This document shows, in pieces, positions 1 to 10,333 of a stretch of 64,000 nt of DNA. Origin of the DNA: Candidatus Bathyarchaeota archaeon (lineage in GTDB: Archaea > Thermoproteota > Bathyarchaeia > Bathyarchaeales > Bathycorpusculaceae); contig CAVYES010000008.1 of assembly GCA_963767735.1 (NCBI GenBank), positions 203,605 through 267,604 of the forward strand, written 5' to 3'. The first letter of the stretch is position 1. Each line of letters begins with the position of its first letter. The notes below the pieces were generated by a model that saw only the letters and a program-made list of their open reading frames with translations, did not search any database and was not told the DNA's origin. The position numbers were made by a program, and so were the translations under genes.

Positions 1-2347
1 CGGTTTGCAGGTAAATCCCATTGGTAAACGGTAGAAATCCATACGTGCCCCCCTGAAGCATCAAATCGATGGGGCCTGCTGGATATGGGGATGTTAGCGT
101 CGCTTCAGTTACGTTTACTCCAGATACAAGGGTAGGTTGCAGCGTAACCGTGCCTTGAGAGCTGTAGAGATTATTGAGAATCGAATAGGAATTCACCTGC
201 ATTGTGAGCGGTTGCAACGGGGCTGGATTGCCGTAGAGGTCTGTAGCGGTGACAACCACTTTTAAGCCTCCCGCTGTTGTCCATGGGTCTGTTGGAGTTG
301 GACTAGTGAAGGTTGCGAGGTAACCAGCAAAAATTTCGGCGGAACCCGCCCCTGAAATTCCTGCTGATGTGCCGTTGACGTTGACGTATGCAACACCGGA
401 CTGCTGCCCCATCACGAAAGAAGCACTAAAAGCCCCGCTTGCACTGTCGAAATTCATAGGAATGGATAAGGAAGCCCCATTAAGCGTCACAAGGCTGGCT
501 GTAAAGCTTCCAGTAGTTATAGGCGTGAAGAAAGCTCCATTATAGATAGATGCTGTTACCTCAACAGTTTGACCCGAAGTGAATTCAAGTTGAGATCCGC
601 CTGTGGAGTTAGCGACTCCGACTAAAACGATTAGGCTGGACTGTGGATTTTGAGCGTTGTAGAGGGAAGCAATTTCGCCGATATTGGGACTACCCCATCC
701 TGTAGCAAGATTATAACCATAAGATGAAGTCCACGGGATAGTGTTGCCAAATGTGATAGGAGTGAAAGCTTTGGCGTAAGTAGCAGCGCTATTGCCCAGG
801 CTATAAAGGAACGGATTGATGAGACCAAGCGGACCTCCCGCAGACTCAGCTACCAGTGTGAGTAGCCCCGAGAGAAGCTGAACAGATTCCGACGTGCCGC
901 CCACAGCCATAACTGAACCCGAATCCACGATGAAAGTGGCTGGATTAACACCAGCCTGCAAAGAAAGATCTGGTTCCAATCTTCCGTTCGGATAAGAGGG
1001 AGGTGTCTGCTGACTTTGCTGATACCACGGCTTAGGCTCCACAAAACTTACCCCGCCTCCGCCTCCACCAGAATTAACAAAGTTCGGGACGTATCCGCCG
1101 TTCGACCACGCCGTTTGAGCGACCGTTTCGGTCCCGTTTGGTTGAGTGTAGAAGTAAGTTTGAGTTCCTCCCACAGCAGTAACATATGGTGAATTATCTG
1201 GGTTTCCTAAGTTGCCTGCCGGGCCTGAACTGTAGCCACTTCCTCCTCCATCACCTGTGGAGCTTAGGAAAGTGATTCCCTCAAGCGAGCCCAACATGAA
1301 GTACTGGTCGGGGAGAAACATGTTGAAATAAAACAGTGGTCCGCCAATGACAGAGTCCTCCCATTCGGGGGCAATAGAAAAGCTCATTGAAAGTGTAGTG
1401 ACACTATCGTCACCTACTATTTGTGCAATATCATAGGCAAAACTTGGCGCGCCGGTCGTCACGTACATATCAATGGCGGCTTTAGGAGCCATTGCATGCG
1501 ATATCTCAACATCAAGAGATACTTCGGTGCTCCAGCCCTCCGAAACGCCAAGGTTAGGATTGTAGGGCACAATAGGTGTCACAGTCAAGCTCGGATTTGA
1601 GAACCCGAATTGTGCATCGAAAAGCTGCAAATCTTGGGTGATGGTCGGAGAGCCAAAAAATTCAAGCAGACCAATAGTCTGGCCTTGGCCTTGGAAGCCC
1701 TGTGCATAAAGAGAGGTTGCGTTATAAACGCTCTGAAGAGCCTTCGCAGATGACGCTCCTTCCGAGAAGGTCACGTTTGCATTCGTTTGAGACGCTGCAG
1801 AACTTGCTACCTGTGGTTGAACCATAAGGCTTGTCGCGTTCGATGCAACAAAATAAGCTCCTTCAAACAAGGAATTCCCGCTCGTTACATAATAAGAGTC
1901 CGTGCCATTCGAGTAAATGTTCACGCTGGCACCAAAGTACTGATTAACCTGGGCAACAGTAGCCTGAACAATTATCATGGAATCCATAGATTGCCTAACA
2001 ACCTGCAATCCGACCCCCTGAAGATAAGCAAGCATCGAATTATACGCGTCCACAGGCAAGAATTCCTGTTGAATCTGAGTACTGGTCAAAAATTGCCTAA
2101 ACAAAGGCGACGAGGGGTTCGAAACTTGCTCCACCATAGAACTGAGAAGCCCCACATTTCTCAAAGGAATCGCAATGTTAACAAGCACAGAGAGATCACT
2201 CGGCGCTTGACCCTGAAGAACATAGCCTAAAAGGGGCTGAGCAACATTGGAACTGGAATCAGCAACATAGAAACTGGCTCCCAAAACGCTGCTGACCGAC
2301 GAGACGACCAGCAAAATCAAAACTAAACTAACGATTAAGCCCTTCAC
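1..2347 (-). CDS. S53 (sedolisin/kumamolisin) family secreted peptidase with pro-domain and C-terminal extension; runs off the window start
   Basis: Manual minus-strand translation from GTG at 2347: signal peptide MKGLIVSLVLILLVV, pro-domain, EVSLD (Glu/Asp), SSTGDGG oxyanion motif, GGTSES catalytic Ser. Absent from the ORF track because no stop lies inside the window. Confidence 0.9.
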   Translation of the reverse strand, partial: MKGLIVSLVLILLVVSSVSSVLGASFYVADSSSNVAQPLLGYVLQGQAPSDLSVLVNIAIPLRNVGLLSSMVEQVSNPSSPLFRQFLTSTQIQQEFLPVDAYNSMLAYLQGVGLQVVRQSMDSMIIVQATVAQVNQYFGASVNIYSNGTDSYYVTSGNSLFEGAYFVASNATSLMVQPQVASSAASQTNANVTFSEGASSAKALQSVYNATSLYAQGFQGQGQTIGLLEFFGSPTITQDLQLFDAQFGFSNPSLTVTPIVPYNPNLGVSEGWSTEVSLDVEISHAMAPKAAIDMYVTTGAPSFAYDIAQIVGDDSVTTLSMSFSIAPEWEDSVIGGPLFYFNMFLPDQYFMLGSLEGITFLSSTGDGGGSGYSSGPAGNLGNPDNSPYVTAVGGTQTYFYTQPNGTETVAQTAWSNGGYVPNFVNSGGGGGGVSFVEPKPWYQQSQQTPPSYPNGRLEPDLSLQAGVNPATFIVDSGSVMAVGGTSESVQLLSGLLTLVAESAGGPLGLINPFLYSLGNSAATYAKAFTPITFGNTIPWTSSYGYNLATGWGSPNIGEIASLYNAQNPQSSLIVLVGVANSTGGSQLEFTSGQTVEVTASIYNGAFFTPITTGSFTASLVTLNGASLSIPMNFDSASGAFSASFVMGQQSGVAYVNVNGTSAGISGAGSAEIFAGYLATFTSPTPTDPWTTAGGLKVVVTATDLYGNPAPLQPLTMQVNSYSILNNLYSSQGTVTLQPTLVSGVNVTEATLTSPYPAGPIDLMLQGGTYGFLPFTNGIYLQT

Positions 2348-3117
2348 GAAAACACTTCCAGAATAAAAAAATCTTAATTTTCATAAACTCGCATCATCCA
2401 CCTTACTATCATCAGAAATTTAACTTCACGTGGGTCACACGCCCGCGCATTCCGCAACAAAAAGACTAGCTATTCTTGGTTATCTATTTTGAAAGTAATC
2501 TAATATATGCTTTTGTGACTACAAAGCGAAGTCTCAAACTTTTGCGCGCTTATACGGTGAAAGGCAAATATGCAAAAGCAACCATTACCCAATACCTTAA
2601 AGCTGTTCAGACTAGCATCACCACAATTAATTATTTTTTTCTTGATCACTGCGACACACCGACGCCTGCAAACAGGTTCTTGCATACAATTACTAAACCA
2701 CAAAACATAGGGAACCATGCCGATATAGGCAACAACGCCTATAACAGATCTAACCAAGGGCTAGAAGGGGATTATCTTGAAGATTACCCTAGGAATAATC
2801 TACGTTAAGCATTCCCCACCACCTCCTTCGGAGCTGAATGGATAGTAAACCCTTTCTTTAGATTAATCATCATTACTTTCAATTATTTTTTTCTTAATTA
2901 CTCCAATGCCTATTCCCATAATAGGCGGAGACCACTTTTGTTGCCTAGCAGCCATTGCCAAAGTAACAACGCAGTAATCATGATAGCCTTCGGGCTATGT
3001 TTTGTAAAAGTTCCTTAGCGTGGGAGTTGAAGTTGGCGTTGGAGCGGTTGTGGTTGCTGTTATGCAGTCACAGAGTCTTAAAGGCATGATTTTACAAAAA
3101 TAACAACGGTGTTTTAA

Positions 3118-3402
3118 TTGGAAAAAAGCATGATGAAATATCAAGTTTTAATCAAAACGATTTCAGGAAAGGGCGGCGAGTTCTGGGAAGCGTTCAAAAA
3201 AATGCCTACCGAGCCAATGAAAGGAGTAATGGTGGAGTCTTCCTGGAGCTTATATGGATACTGGGATTTCGTTATTTTCTTCAAAGCCGACAGCAATGAA
3301 AACAGCCTTCACTTCATCGGAGAGGTCTTACGAGCAATGCCGGGCATCGCCGATACCAGCACGTCACCGATGACCGTTCTCAAAGAACACAAAAAGCTAT
3401 AG
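3118..3402 (+). CDS. Small ferredoxin-like fold protein (GYD / Lrp-AsnC ligand-binding-like)
   Basis: WSLYGYWDFVIFFKA and IADTSTSP match the GYD/AsnC C-terminal pattern; true start probably ATG 3130 or 3133. Confidence 0.55.
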   Translation: MEKSMMKYQVLIKTISGKGGEFWEAFKKMPTEPMKGVMVESSWSLYGYWDFVIFFKADSNENSLHFIGEVLRAMPGIADTSTSPMTVLKEHKKL

Positions 3403-3579
3403 ACAACTGTATCGTAACTATTTCGTCCCTTCTTTTTCTTTCCAAGCATCTTGAAATGTGGTTGAAGGTCCATCCTCTGGCAAATTGAGTAGGGCATGGA
3501 TTTTGAAGCCTCATTGCTGTAGAGGCACTGCCCATCAATTCCTCTTTACGTGAGGGACTAACTCATTTAAATTCCCGTA

Positions 3580-3740
3580 AACATCTGGAATTGTGTGAAT
3601 TCACTTTTTGAGAGTTTGATTGGCGAGTTAATGGTGAAGGTTGTTCACTTTTCCAACTGGCTTTCGACGGTGATTTTTCCCCAGGGCATCTACTATCCAC
3701 TTACAAATAGCCAAACCCCTTCCTGGGCGTCGATACAAAT
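3580..3740 (-). pseudogene. Relic of a histidine kinase HATPase_c C-terminus
   Basis: Minus strand reads GLAICKWIVDALG/KITVESQLEK*TTFTINSPIK, a decayed G2-box GLAICKRIVDAHGGKITVES..GKGTTFTI. It has an internal stop and no upstream part, which is cut off at the PemK gene. Confidence 0.7.
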
Positions 3741-3772
3741 TACTTGGGGTCTCTTAAAGAAAAGAGAGTGTA

Positions 3773-4105
3773 CTATTGTGTTTTGAGTCCGCTAAGTCTC
3801 TTGTTGAGTTCATCAAAGATCAGTTGCTTTTTCTCTTCGCTTAAGTTGAAGATAACCTTGTTAGCCATTTCATTTGAAATTGTAAAAATATAGTTTAATT
3901 TTATGACGCTGTCTTTTATGGCGCCTTCATTTTTGGTTAGGGGTATTCCCTTCATCTTAAGATTGCTTGTTATGCCCGCTATCACAACATTGCCAAGTTC
4001 TTCGAACAAAACCACGGCGGGTCTAACTTTCACTTCATCGGCATCAGTGAACTGCACTCTGGCAAGGATAACATCGCCAGGCTTAAGCATCTTCCCAAGC
4101 CTCAT
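3773..4105 (-). CDS. PemK/MazF family toxin
   Basis: PGDVILARVQFTD..KVRPAVVL..IAGITS is the PemK signature; overlaps the upstream small gene. Confidence 0.9.
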   Translation of the reverse strand: MRLGKMLKPGDVILARVQFTDADEVKVRPAVVLFEELGNVVIAGITSNLKMKGIPLTKNEGAIKDSVIKLNYIFTISNEMANKVIFNLSEEKKQLIFDELNKRLSGLKTQ

Positions 4106-4325
4106 CTTCCTCGTTATCCCATAATTCTTTCATTTTCGCCTGCTGAATCCTATGGAGAAACTCATCGTATTGCCTTCTCTTGCCCGATTCCTTTGCAGTT
4201 TTTATTAAATTTAAAATGGTTTCGTTGTAGGTTTCTCTTGGGTATTTCCTGATATTTTTGAGTTCCTTAACTACCGATTTCTTAAGCTGTATTGAGGTAA
4301 CATCTTCGTTTGTCATATAAGTCAC
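4083..4325 (-). CDS. Antitoxin of the PemK pair (RHH-like N-terminus, acidic tail)
   Basis: TSIQLKKSVVKELK..YPRETYNETILNL and acidic LWDNEEDEAWED; directly upstream of and overlapping the toxin. Confidence 0.75.
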   Translation of the reverse strand: MTYMTNEDVTSIQLKKSVVKELKNIRKYPRETYNETILNLIKTAKESGKRRQYDEFLHRIQQAKMKELWDNEEDEAWEDA

Positions 4326-4394
4326 TATAACTAACTATAGCTCATTATAATAAATTTATTGCCCCAAGCATTAAAGTTAGTGTTTCGTGCTCGC

Positions 4395-4422
4395 AGGGGT
4401 TCGAATCCCTTCCCCGGCGCCA
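4395..4422 (+). other. 3' fragment of a tRNA (probably Ser), att-like site
   Basis: AGGGG-TTCGAAT-CCCTT T arm, acceptor strand CCCCGGC, G73, CCA. No GCCGGGG 5' half upstream. Confidence 0.8.
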
Positions 4423-4733
4423 TCAACAAAGTAGGGTCCTTATTTTTGAGAACGCTCGCCTTACGGTCGACCAACCAAATTCGTAAATTGTTATTTTAGG
4501 GCAGCGTAAATTTAATATTGCTATAAGGATAAAGAGAAGCTATAAGACCCCCCCTCGGGGTCTGTCTCTGTCTGTCTATGTGACTCACTATGCCGCTGTT
4601 TGAAACAAAAAAGAGCAATATACTGCAAGACCTTTCCGTACTAGATACACAATCGGATCCACCAGACGGCATACTGCTCTGCCGCGAAACGCTCCTGACA
4701 TTCATGGCTTCCAACGTCTCTAACATCTTTTAC
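4396..4733 (+). repeat. ~340-bp element, copy 1 (inverted copy at 43314-43648)
   Basis: Aligned by eye with the reverse complement of 43314-43648: colinear with scattered substitutions. Confidence 0.95.
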
Positions 4734-4782
4734 TCGGTCTGTATCAAAGCTTATAGGGTCAACGAGATGTTTTCTATTGTAA

Positions 4783-5016
4783 GTGTCGGTTATGGTAAAA
4801 ATCAAGGGAAAAAAATTCACAGTAATCTTAAGAGAGGAGCTTGAAAGTGGCTATTCAGCTCAATGCCTGGAACTTCCTGGAGCGTTAAGCGAAGGCGACA
4901 GCCGCAAGGAAGCACTTGCCAACATTAAAGAAGCCATCGAAGGTTACTTGGAAGTTTTCCCAGAAGAAGTTTACCTGCTTAAACGCAAAAGAGAGTTCGT
5001 GGAAATAACTGTCTGA
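4783..5016 (+). CDS. hicB: HicB family antitoxin
   Basis: FTVILREELESGYSAQCLELPGALSEGDSRKEALANIKEAIEGYLE. Confidence 0.9.
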   Translation: MSVMVKIKGKKFTVILREELESGYSAQCLELPGALSEGDSRKEALANIKEAIEGYLEVFPEEVYLLKRKREFVEITV

Positions 5017-5229
5017 AAAGCTGCCGTCTGTCTCTTGGCGGGAAATCATAAAGCTCTCGCTAAAGCCAAATTTACCGTTGCCGGCCAGAAGGGGAGCCAC
5101 ATATTTTTAGCTGATGGAAAACACAAACTCACCGTTCCACGCCATGACTCAGTCAAAAAAGGAACGCTTCTAGCCATAATACAACAAGCCGGGTTAACAA
5201 AGGATGAATTTATTGAATTGCTCAAATGA
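5009..5229 (+). CDS. hicA: HicA family toxin (1-nt frameshift near 5050)
   Basis: LSEKLPSVSWREII in one frame joins KALAKAKF..QKGSHIFL..LTVPRH..KKGTLLAII; GSH motif present. Confidence 0.85.
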
Positions 5230-5237
5230 AAGGCGGT

Positions 5238-5265
5238 TGGAGGCTTCGGCGAGATTTGGACCCGC
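5238..5265 (-). other. Degenerate tRNA 3' remnant (Thr-like, U73)
   Basis: Minus strand GCGGG-TCCAAAT-CTCGC T arm followed by CGAAGCC, T, CCA. Confidence 0.5.
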
Positions 5266-5436
5266 CACCATTACCTAACAAAGGGCATCCCCCCAAATTG
5301 GTCAAAATTGATCAATACCACGGAAAAAGTTATGTTGAAGCAGCCCAATCACAAAAAAAGGAAAAACTGTAGAAATTAGAGAATTCTCCACTGAAAGGGT
5401 TAATATAGAGTTAAGTCACGCTATTTTACAAGAGCT

Positions 5437-6288
5437 GTGGGATTTGTGTTCAAAAGTGTGGGATTAGTCGCCCGCTACGATAAGAAACCAGCTTTGAAAC
5501 TTACAGAAGAGTTGGCGGAGTATCTTTCAAAGAAAGGATTGAAGGTTTACATAGAAGATACACTGGCAGATAAAGTCACCACCACGCAGCAAGAGATGGT
5601 TCCCCTCTCGCAGATGAAAACAGACTTCTTGATTACAATCGGCGGCGACGGAACAATATTGCGAACGTGCATAGGCCTCGCTAAGCCTGAACCGCCAATT
5701 TTAGCTATAAACATGGGACTCCGGGGGTTTTTGACTGAAGCGGAGCCGAAAAACGCTTTTGAAGCGGTAAATAAAATTCTTAGCGGCGATTACAAGATAG
5801 AAAAATGTGCAAAGCTATCTGTGGTTGCGGGCGAAGATAGATTGCCTGATGCCTTAAATGACGTTGTTATTTCTGCGGGTGAACCTTCAAAAATACTTTA
5901 TACTCGGATATGTAAGGATGGCAAGCCGATTCTTAATTGCCAATCAGACGGTTTGATTGTGGCCACCGAAACGGGTTCTACCGGTTACTCTTTTTCTGCA
6001 GGCGGACCAGTTTTAGACCCCGCGCTGGGTGCTTTTGTTTTAACGCCTATTTGCTCGTTAACCGTGTTCCACCCGCTTGTTTTCCCCGCAAACTCCACCA
6101 TCACCTTCAACGTAATTAGGGCGGAGAAAATCCTTGTTCTCATAGATGGAAAATACCATAAGCAAGTAAACTGCAAGGAGCCAACCTTAGAAATCAAAGT
6201 ATCCAAAAACGTAACTTCCTTCATAAGGTTTGAAACCGACTTTTACGACCGACTGAAAAGCCGGCTACTTTTTAAGGGAACAGAATGA
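5437..6288 (+). CDS. nadK: NAD(+) kinase
   Basis: GGDGTIL, ALND, DGLIVATETGSTGYSFSAGGP motifs. Confidence 0.95.
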   Translation: MGFVFKSVGLVARYDKKPALKLTEELAEYLSKKGLKVYIEDTLADKVTTTQQEMVPLSQMKTDFLITIGGDGTILRTCIGLAKPEPPILAINMGLRGFLTEAEPKNAFEAVNKILSGDYKIEKCAKLSVVAGEDRLPDALNDVVISAGEPSKILYTRICKDGKPILNCQSDGLIVATETGSTGYSFSAGGPVLDPALGAFVLTPICSLTVFHPLVFPANSTITFNVIRAEKILVLIDGKYHKQVNCKEPTLEIKVSKNVTSFIRFETDFYDRLKSRLLFKGTE

Positions 6289-6842
6289 AAACTCAGAAAG
6301 AGCGGCCAGGCAGACGAGTCATTGTTCTAGACACTTCTGCTTTCTTGGCGGGCTATGACGCGTTCTCTGTAAGCGAAGAGCAAGTTACGGTTCCCAAAGT
6401 TGAAGAAGAAATAAGAAGAAACTCGATGGTTTTGGTTAGATTTTCAACGGCAATAGAGAGCGGAAAGGTAAAGGTTAAGGCTCCTTCGGAAGAGTTTTTG
6501 ATTAAAATAAAAGCATCTGCAAACAGGGTTGGGGACTCATTTAAGTTATCGGAAACTGACATGCAGCTTTTAGCTTTGGCCTCAGAGTTGAAGGCTGCCG
6601 GCTATCTGTCTCAGATTGTTACCGATGACTATTCAATTCAGAATGTAGCGACGCAGATGGGAATCGATTTTTTGGCGCTGGCGACTTTTGGTATAAAGCG
6701 GCTTTTAGAATGGGTAAGGTATTGCCCGGCGTGTTACCGAGAGTACCCCGCCGACTACGCATCTAAGGAGTGCCAAGTTTGTGGAACACAACTGAAGCGA
6801 AAGCCCCGCAGAACAGTGAAAAAAGTAAAGACAAAAGGTTAG
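6285..6842 (+). CDS. nob1: Nob1 PIN-domain rRNA maturation endonuclease
   Basis: VLDTSAF, LSETD, TDDYSIQNVA and C-terminal Zn ribbon CPAC..CQVCG. Confidence 0.9.
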   Translation: MKTQKERPGRRVIVLDTSAFLAGYDAFSVSEEQVTVPKVEEEIRRNSMVLVRFSTAIESGKVKVKAPSEEFLIKIKASANRVGDSFKLSETDMQLLALASELKAAGYLSQIVTDDYSIQNVATQMGIDFLALATFGIKRLLEWVRYCPACYREYPADYASKECQVCGTQLKRKPRRTVKKVKTKG

Positions 6843-8176
6843 CTTTCTTTCGCAACCTCGTTAATTGTATCTTCAACTATATCCAATGCCGCTGCAAGCA
6901 TGTCAGTTTGTATAGTAAGCGGTGGAGCTATCCTAAGCGTTGACGAACCGCAAGTAACAACTGCTACTCCCCGTTTCCATGAACGCAAAATAACCTGAGA
7001 AGCCTTCTGCGGCGCATGCTTTCTTGTTTCTTTGTCTTCAACAAGTTCAACTCCGATCATCAGACCCTTTCCACGCACATCCCCAACTATGCCGCAAGTC
7101 ACAGAAAAGTCCTCCAATCTTTTCATCGCGTAAGCGCCTTGCTTGTTGGCGTTATCGAGCAACTGCTGATCTTTAATTATGTCTAAGACCGCGTTTGCGG
7201 CAGCGCATGATAGTGGGTTTCCTCCAAACGTACTTGCGTGCGAGCCACTCGTCCAATCCATAATTTTTGCTTTAGCAATTGTAGCGCCGATTGGCAAGCC
7301 GGAAGCTAAACCTTTTGAAGTGCAGATTATGTCTGGTTCGAGACTCCAGTGTTCAACGGCGAACCATTTTCCCGTTCGGCCCATGCCAGATTGTACTTCA
7401 TCGTCAATTAGCAGTATTCCGTTTTTGTCGGCGATTTTCTTTAGTTTTGGGAAGAACTCGGCTGGAGGAACTATGTAGCCGCCTTCGCCCTGGATTGGTT
7501 CAAAGAGGATTGCCGCCACATCTTCAGGAGGCATAAACTTTTGAAGTACTTGCTCTTCAATGAAGTCTGCACACCAATAGTTACAGCTTGGCTGCTCCAA
7601 CTTGAATGGGCATCGGTAGCAATAGGGGTAAGGGACATGAGTTACGCCAGGCATGAAGGGAGAAAAATGGCTTCTTTGCGCCGGTTTACTGCTGGTAAAA
7701 GCTAACGAACCCATAGTTCGCCCATGAAAAGCGTTGATGAATCCAATAAATAATGGTTTGCGCGTGTGCCATCTAGCAAGCTTTACCCCTGCTTCGATTG
7801 CTTCGGTGCCGCTGTTGCCAAAGTAGACCTTTTTCTCAAATTCGCCAGGAACAATTTTCACCAACTTTTCTGCCAGGCTGATTGCTTCTTTGTAGTAAAA
7901 ATCAGTGTTAGAATAACTAAGAAAACGGTCACATTGGCTTTTTATGGCTTCAACCACGCGTGGGTGACTATTGCCAACGTTCATGCAGCATATGCCGGAG
8001 TTTAAGTCGATGTATTCGTTTCCGTCAACGTCCTTAACTGTGCAATCATTTGCTGACTCAACAACCATAGGGTAATACCGCGTGTAAGATGGCGAAACAA
8101 ACTGCTCATCCATCTGAACAAGCTCTCTAGCTTTAGGGCCAGGCGGAGAAACAACAATTTTTGGATAATCGACCAT
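6839..8176 (-). CDS. Class III PLP aminotransferase (acetylornithine / 4-aminobutyrate type)
   Basis: NSGTEA, AFHGRT, EPIQGEGG, DDEVQSGMGRTG, SKGLASG, STFGGNP. Confidence 0.9.
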   Translation of the reverse strand: MVDYPKIVVSPPGPKARELVQMDEQFVSPSYTRYYPMVVESANDCTVKDVDGNEYIDLNSGICCMNVGNSHPRVVEAIKSQCDRFLSYSNTDFYYKEAISLAEKLVKIVPGEFEKKVYFGNSGTEAIEAGVKLARWHTRKPLFIGFINAFHGRTMGSLAFTSSKPAQRSHFSPFMPGVTHVPYPYCYRCPFKLEQPSCNYWCADFIEEQVLQKFMPPEDVAAILFEPIQGEGGYIVPPAEFFPKLKKIADKNGILLIDDEVQSGMGRTGKWFAVEHWSLEPDIICTSKGLASGLPIGATIAKAKIMDWTSGSHASTFGGNPLSCAAANAVLDIIKDQQLLDNANKQGAYAMKRLEDFSVTCGIVGDVRGKGLMIGVELVEDKETRKHAPQKASQVILRSWKRGVAVVTCGSSTLRIAPPLTIQTDMLAAALDIVEDTINEVAKES

Positions 8177-8249
8177 TTGGAAATGACTCCGGTTAAGCGT
8201 CTAGGAAAGATGCAATATTAACCTTTACGCACGGAGAATGTGAGGCTGG

Positions 8250-10070
8250 CTAAAGAAGCAGCAGAAGCAAAATCAAAATTAACCCTTCTAAACCGAAGAT
8301 TGGGAACACCATTTGCTTTGCTCTTCGAAGAGTTTTGTCTACCAGGGTAGACATCGCCTGCAGATGGGTTTCCCCTATAACTCTGACATTGGAAACAACA
8401 AGGTGGACGGCTCCAGCTTTGGATGACTCTAAGGTGGACTCTGCCTTTTTGGCGACATCACAGATGTATCCAATAAGAACTTCTTGATTCATCACTTCAC
8501 CGACGGGATGGTAACCCCGCCGCACACTGCGCCCAGACGATAGCGCGCTTACTGCATGAGTGTCTGTGGTGAAAACTTCGCTCTCATCAAATCCAGCGGA
8601 GGTTAAGGCGGCAAGGATTTTCTCTCTCAAACCCGAAATCATGTTGTTGCCGTCGATTACCACGTAAGCGGTTTTCTGTGTGCCAACCTGAATAACTGTC
8701 GCTGTGATGCCTCCTGCGCCCATGCCTTCTTTTAGGGTGAACTCTTTGGGGTAAACGGTGGCTGCTCCCACCATAAACCGCTCGGTCGGCAACGAAACCG
8801 CTTTCTGTAGGCACTTGGAAGCCGCGGTTTGCAGAGCACCGACGTACTTCTCAACCTCAACCACGTCAGTGATGCTGTTGTGGGTGTTAGTGACTATTGC
8901 TGACTTTAGCCCCATCTTGGATGCCATCTCATTAACCATGCGTCCTAACTCTTGGGGCAAGTCTTCAGTAGTTTTTGGTGCAAGGGAGAAAGAGACAAAG
9001 GCGGTGTCGCCGAAAATTTGGCAGGATGCAGAGGCGACGTCCTCAGTGGCTCTGACGCAGGGTGAAGCTAAGTCTGCTGTTGCTGTAAACTTGGCTGAAG
9101 CAATGACCTGCGAGATTATTTTGTGGTTTTGCGCTTGAGAGGCTAAGTCAAGCTCGTGACCAAGAATACCCAGGGGAACGCAGGCGTTGCAACCATATTC
9201 CTTCTCGAAATCCTGCTTCATCAGCGACGGCAAGAGGCTGCTGCCGATGTTTTTGAATGGGCCAGGATGCACCTGTGGAACGATTATGGCTGCTTTAGGT
9301 TTGGATGCATCGAACTTGAGAAAATTAACTTCGATGTCAGCGTTTTCGCCAGTTTTTTCAAAAAGGTCTTCAAGAGGCTCGTTTAGCGAGGCTACCCAGT
9401 TAAGCATGAAGGCTCTAAACAGCGGCAAAGAATGTATTGAATAGGTTTTGCCCAGACGCTCCAAAGAGGACATAAAAACAAAAACTGCGACACATGCGAC
9501 TACTGGAAAAATGATTATTAGAGGTGAAATCTGAATAAGGTTTATCGTTGGAATGCTACTCCAGAAAACAACAAACGCGACTATGCAGAGGACTGGGTTA
9601 ATCAAAACTGCCGTGAGGTTTTTCCAAGTAGCCGCTGACGAGGTTGCAGTGAACACGACAGTTCTTAGTGTAACGACGGCGGCGTAGCCGACAAGGCAAA
9701 GTTTGACCCAGATTAAAGAGCCAAAGGGAAAGCTAAAGGCGAGTCCTATGAGGATAAAAATGAGCCAGAAGACCCAGCCTACTAGTGAAAGCACCAAAGT
9801 TCGCCGCAGCGAAAAAATCAGGTCCCGCCTGAGAAGCAACTGGGTAATTATCAAATCAGCAGCTATTGTTAAAACGAGAAGTGAAATGCCAAAGGCAAAA
9901 GAGCCAAGTAGCCCATCCCTGGAGGAAACAAAGAACGCTGAGAGACCTGCTATGATGCAGAGGGCGGCGACGGCTACGACGGCTGTTTTGAGTGATGGAA
10001 GAGAAAACATGGAGGTGTAATGTTTTGATGCGCTGTCTATTGAGCTGTTAAGTTGACTTTTGCTCTCCAT
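8250..10070 (-). CDS. DUF2070 family membrane protein
   Basis: N-terminal TM helices, then HPGPF, GHE.D, NTHN, DGNN, TTDTH motifs. Confidence 0.85.
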   Translation of the reverse strand: MESKSQLNSSIDSASKHYTSMFSLPSLKTAVVAVAALCIIAGLSAFFVSSRDGLLGSFAFGISLLVLTIAADLIITQLLLRRDLIFSLRRTLVLSLVGWVFWLIFILIGLAFSFPFGSLIWVKLCLVGYAAVVTLRTVVFTATSSAATWKNLTAVLINPVLCIVAFVVFWSSIPTINLIQISPLIIIFPVVACVAVFVFMSSLERLGKTYSIHSLPLFRAFMLNWVASLNEPLEDLFEKTGENADIEVNFLKFDASKPKAAIIVPQVHPGPFKNIGSSLLPSLMKQDFEKEYGCNACVPLGILGHELDLASQAQNHKIISQVIASAKFTATADLASPCVRATEDVASASCQIFGDTAFVSFSLAPKTTEDLPQELGRMVNEMASKMGLKSAIVTNTHNSITDVVEVEKYVGALQTAASKCLQKAVSLPTERFMVGAATVYPKEFTLKEGMGAGGITATVIQVGTQKTAYVVIDGNNMISGLREKILAALTSAGFDESEVFTTDTHAVSALSSGRSVRRGYHPVGEVMNQEVLIGYICDVAKKAESTLESSKAGAVHLVVSNVRVIGETHLQAMSTLVDKTLRRAKQMVFPIFGLEGLILILLLLLL

Positions 10071-10333
10071 GTTTCCAACTCGGTTAGGCTTCCTTATGGG
10101 ATTAGGGAGGCTTATTAAAATTTAGCCTACACGAAGCTGCATGTCTCAGTTTTAAGGCAGGAAACACAAATTTTTTTGCAAACCAAAAAGTATCGATTAG
10201 CAATTTAGCATAAACAAGTTAAAGCGCCATTGGGCAAAACGCCGCTTTGAGGTTTTTGGCAGGAAGTAAACATGCCTTTTGGAAGGGAACTGTTTTATCT
10301 TTAGAATGACAATTGTATTAGTTTGCGAAGTCT

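Noticed and set aside
631-2230. ORF-track entries 631-828, 850-1044 and 1787-2230
   Set aside because: Shadows of the long minus-strand S53 protease gene.
2476-3060. Short ORFs, a ~35-bp imperfect repeat (about 2617 and 2868) and a Pro/Thr-linker-like stretch
   Set aside because: No coherent reading frame or recognisable motif; probably decayed DNA.
4395-4422. Intact tRNA gene (also 43622-43648 and 5238-5265)
   Set aside because: Only the T arm and 3' acceptor strand are present; no 5' strand, D arm or anticodon arm.
4496-4844. ORFs within the 340-bp repeat as integrase fragments or real proteins
   Set aside because: No tyrosine-recombinase motifs, and the differences between the copies that I could read are mostly non-synonymous.
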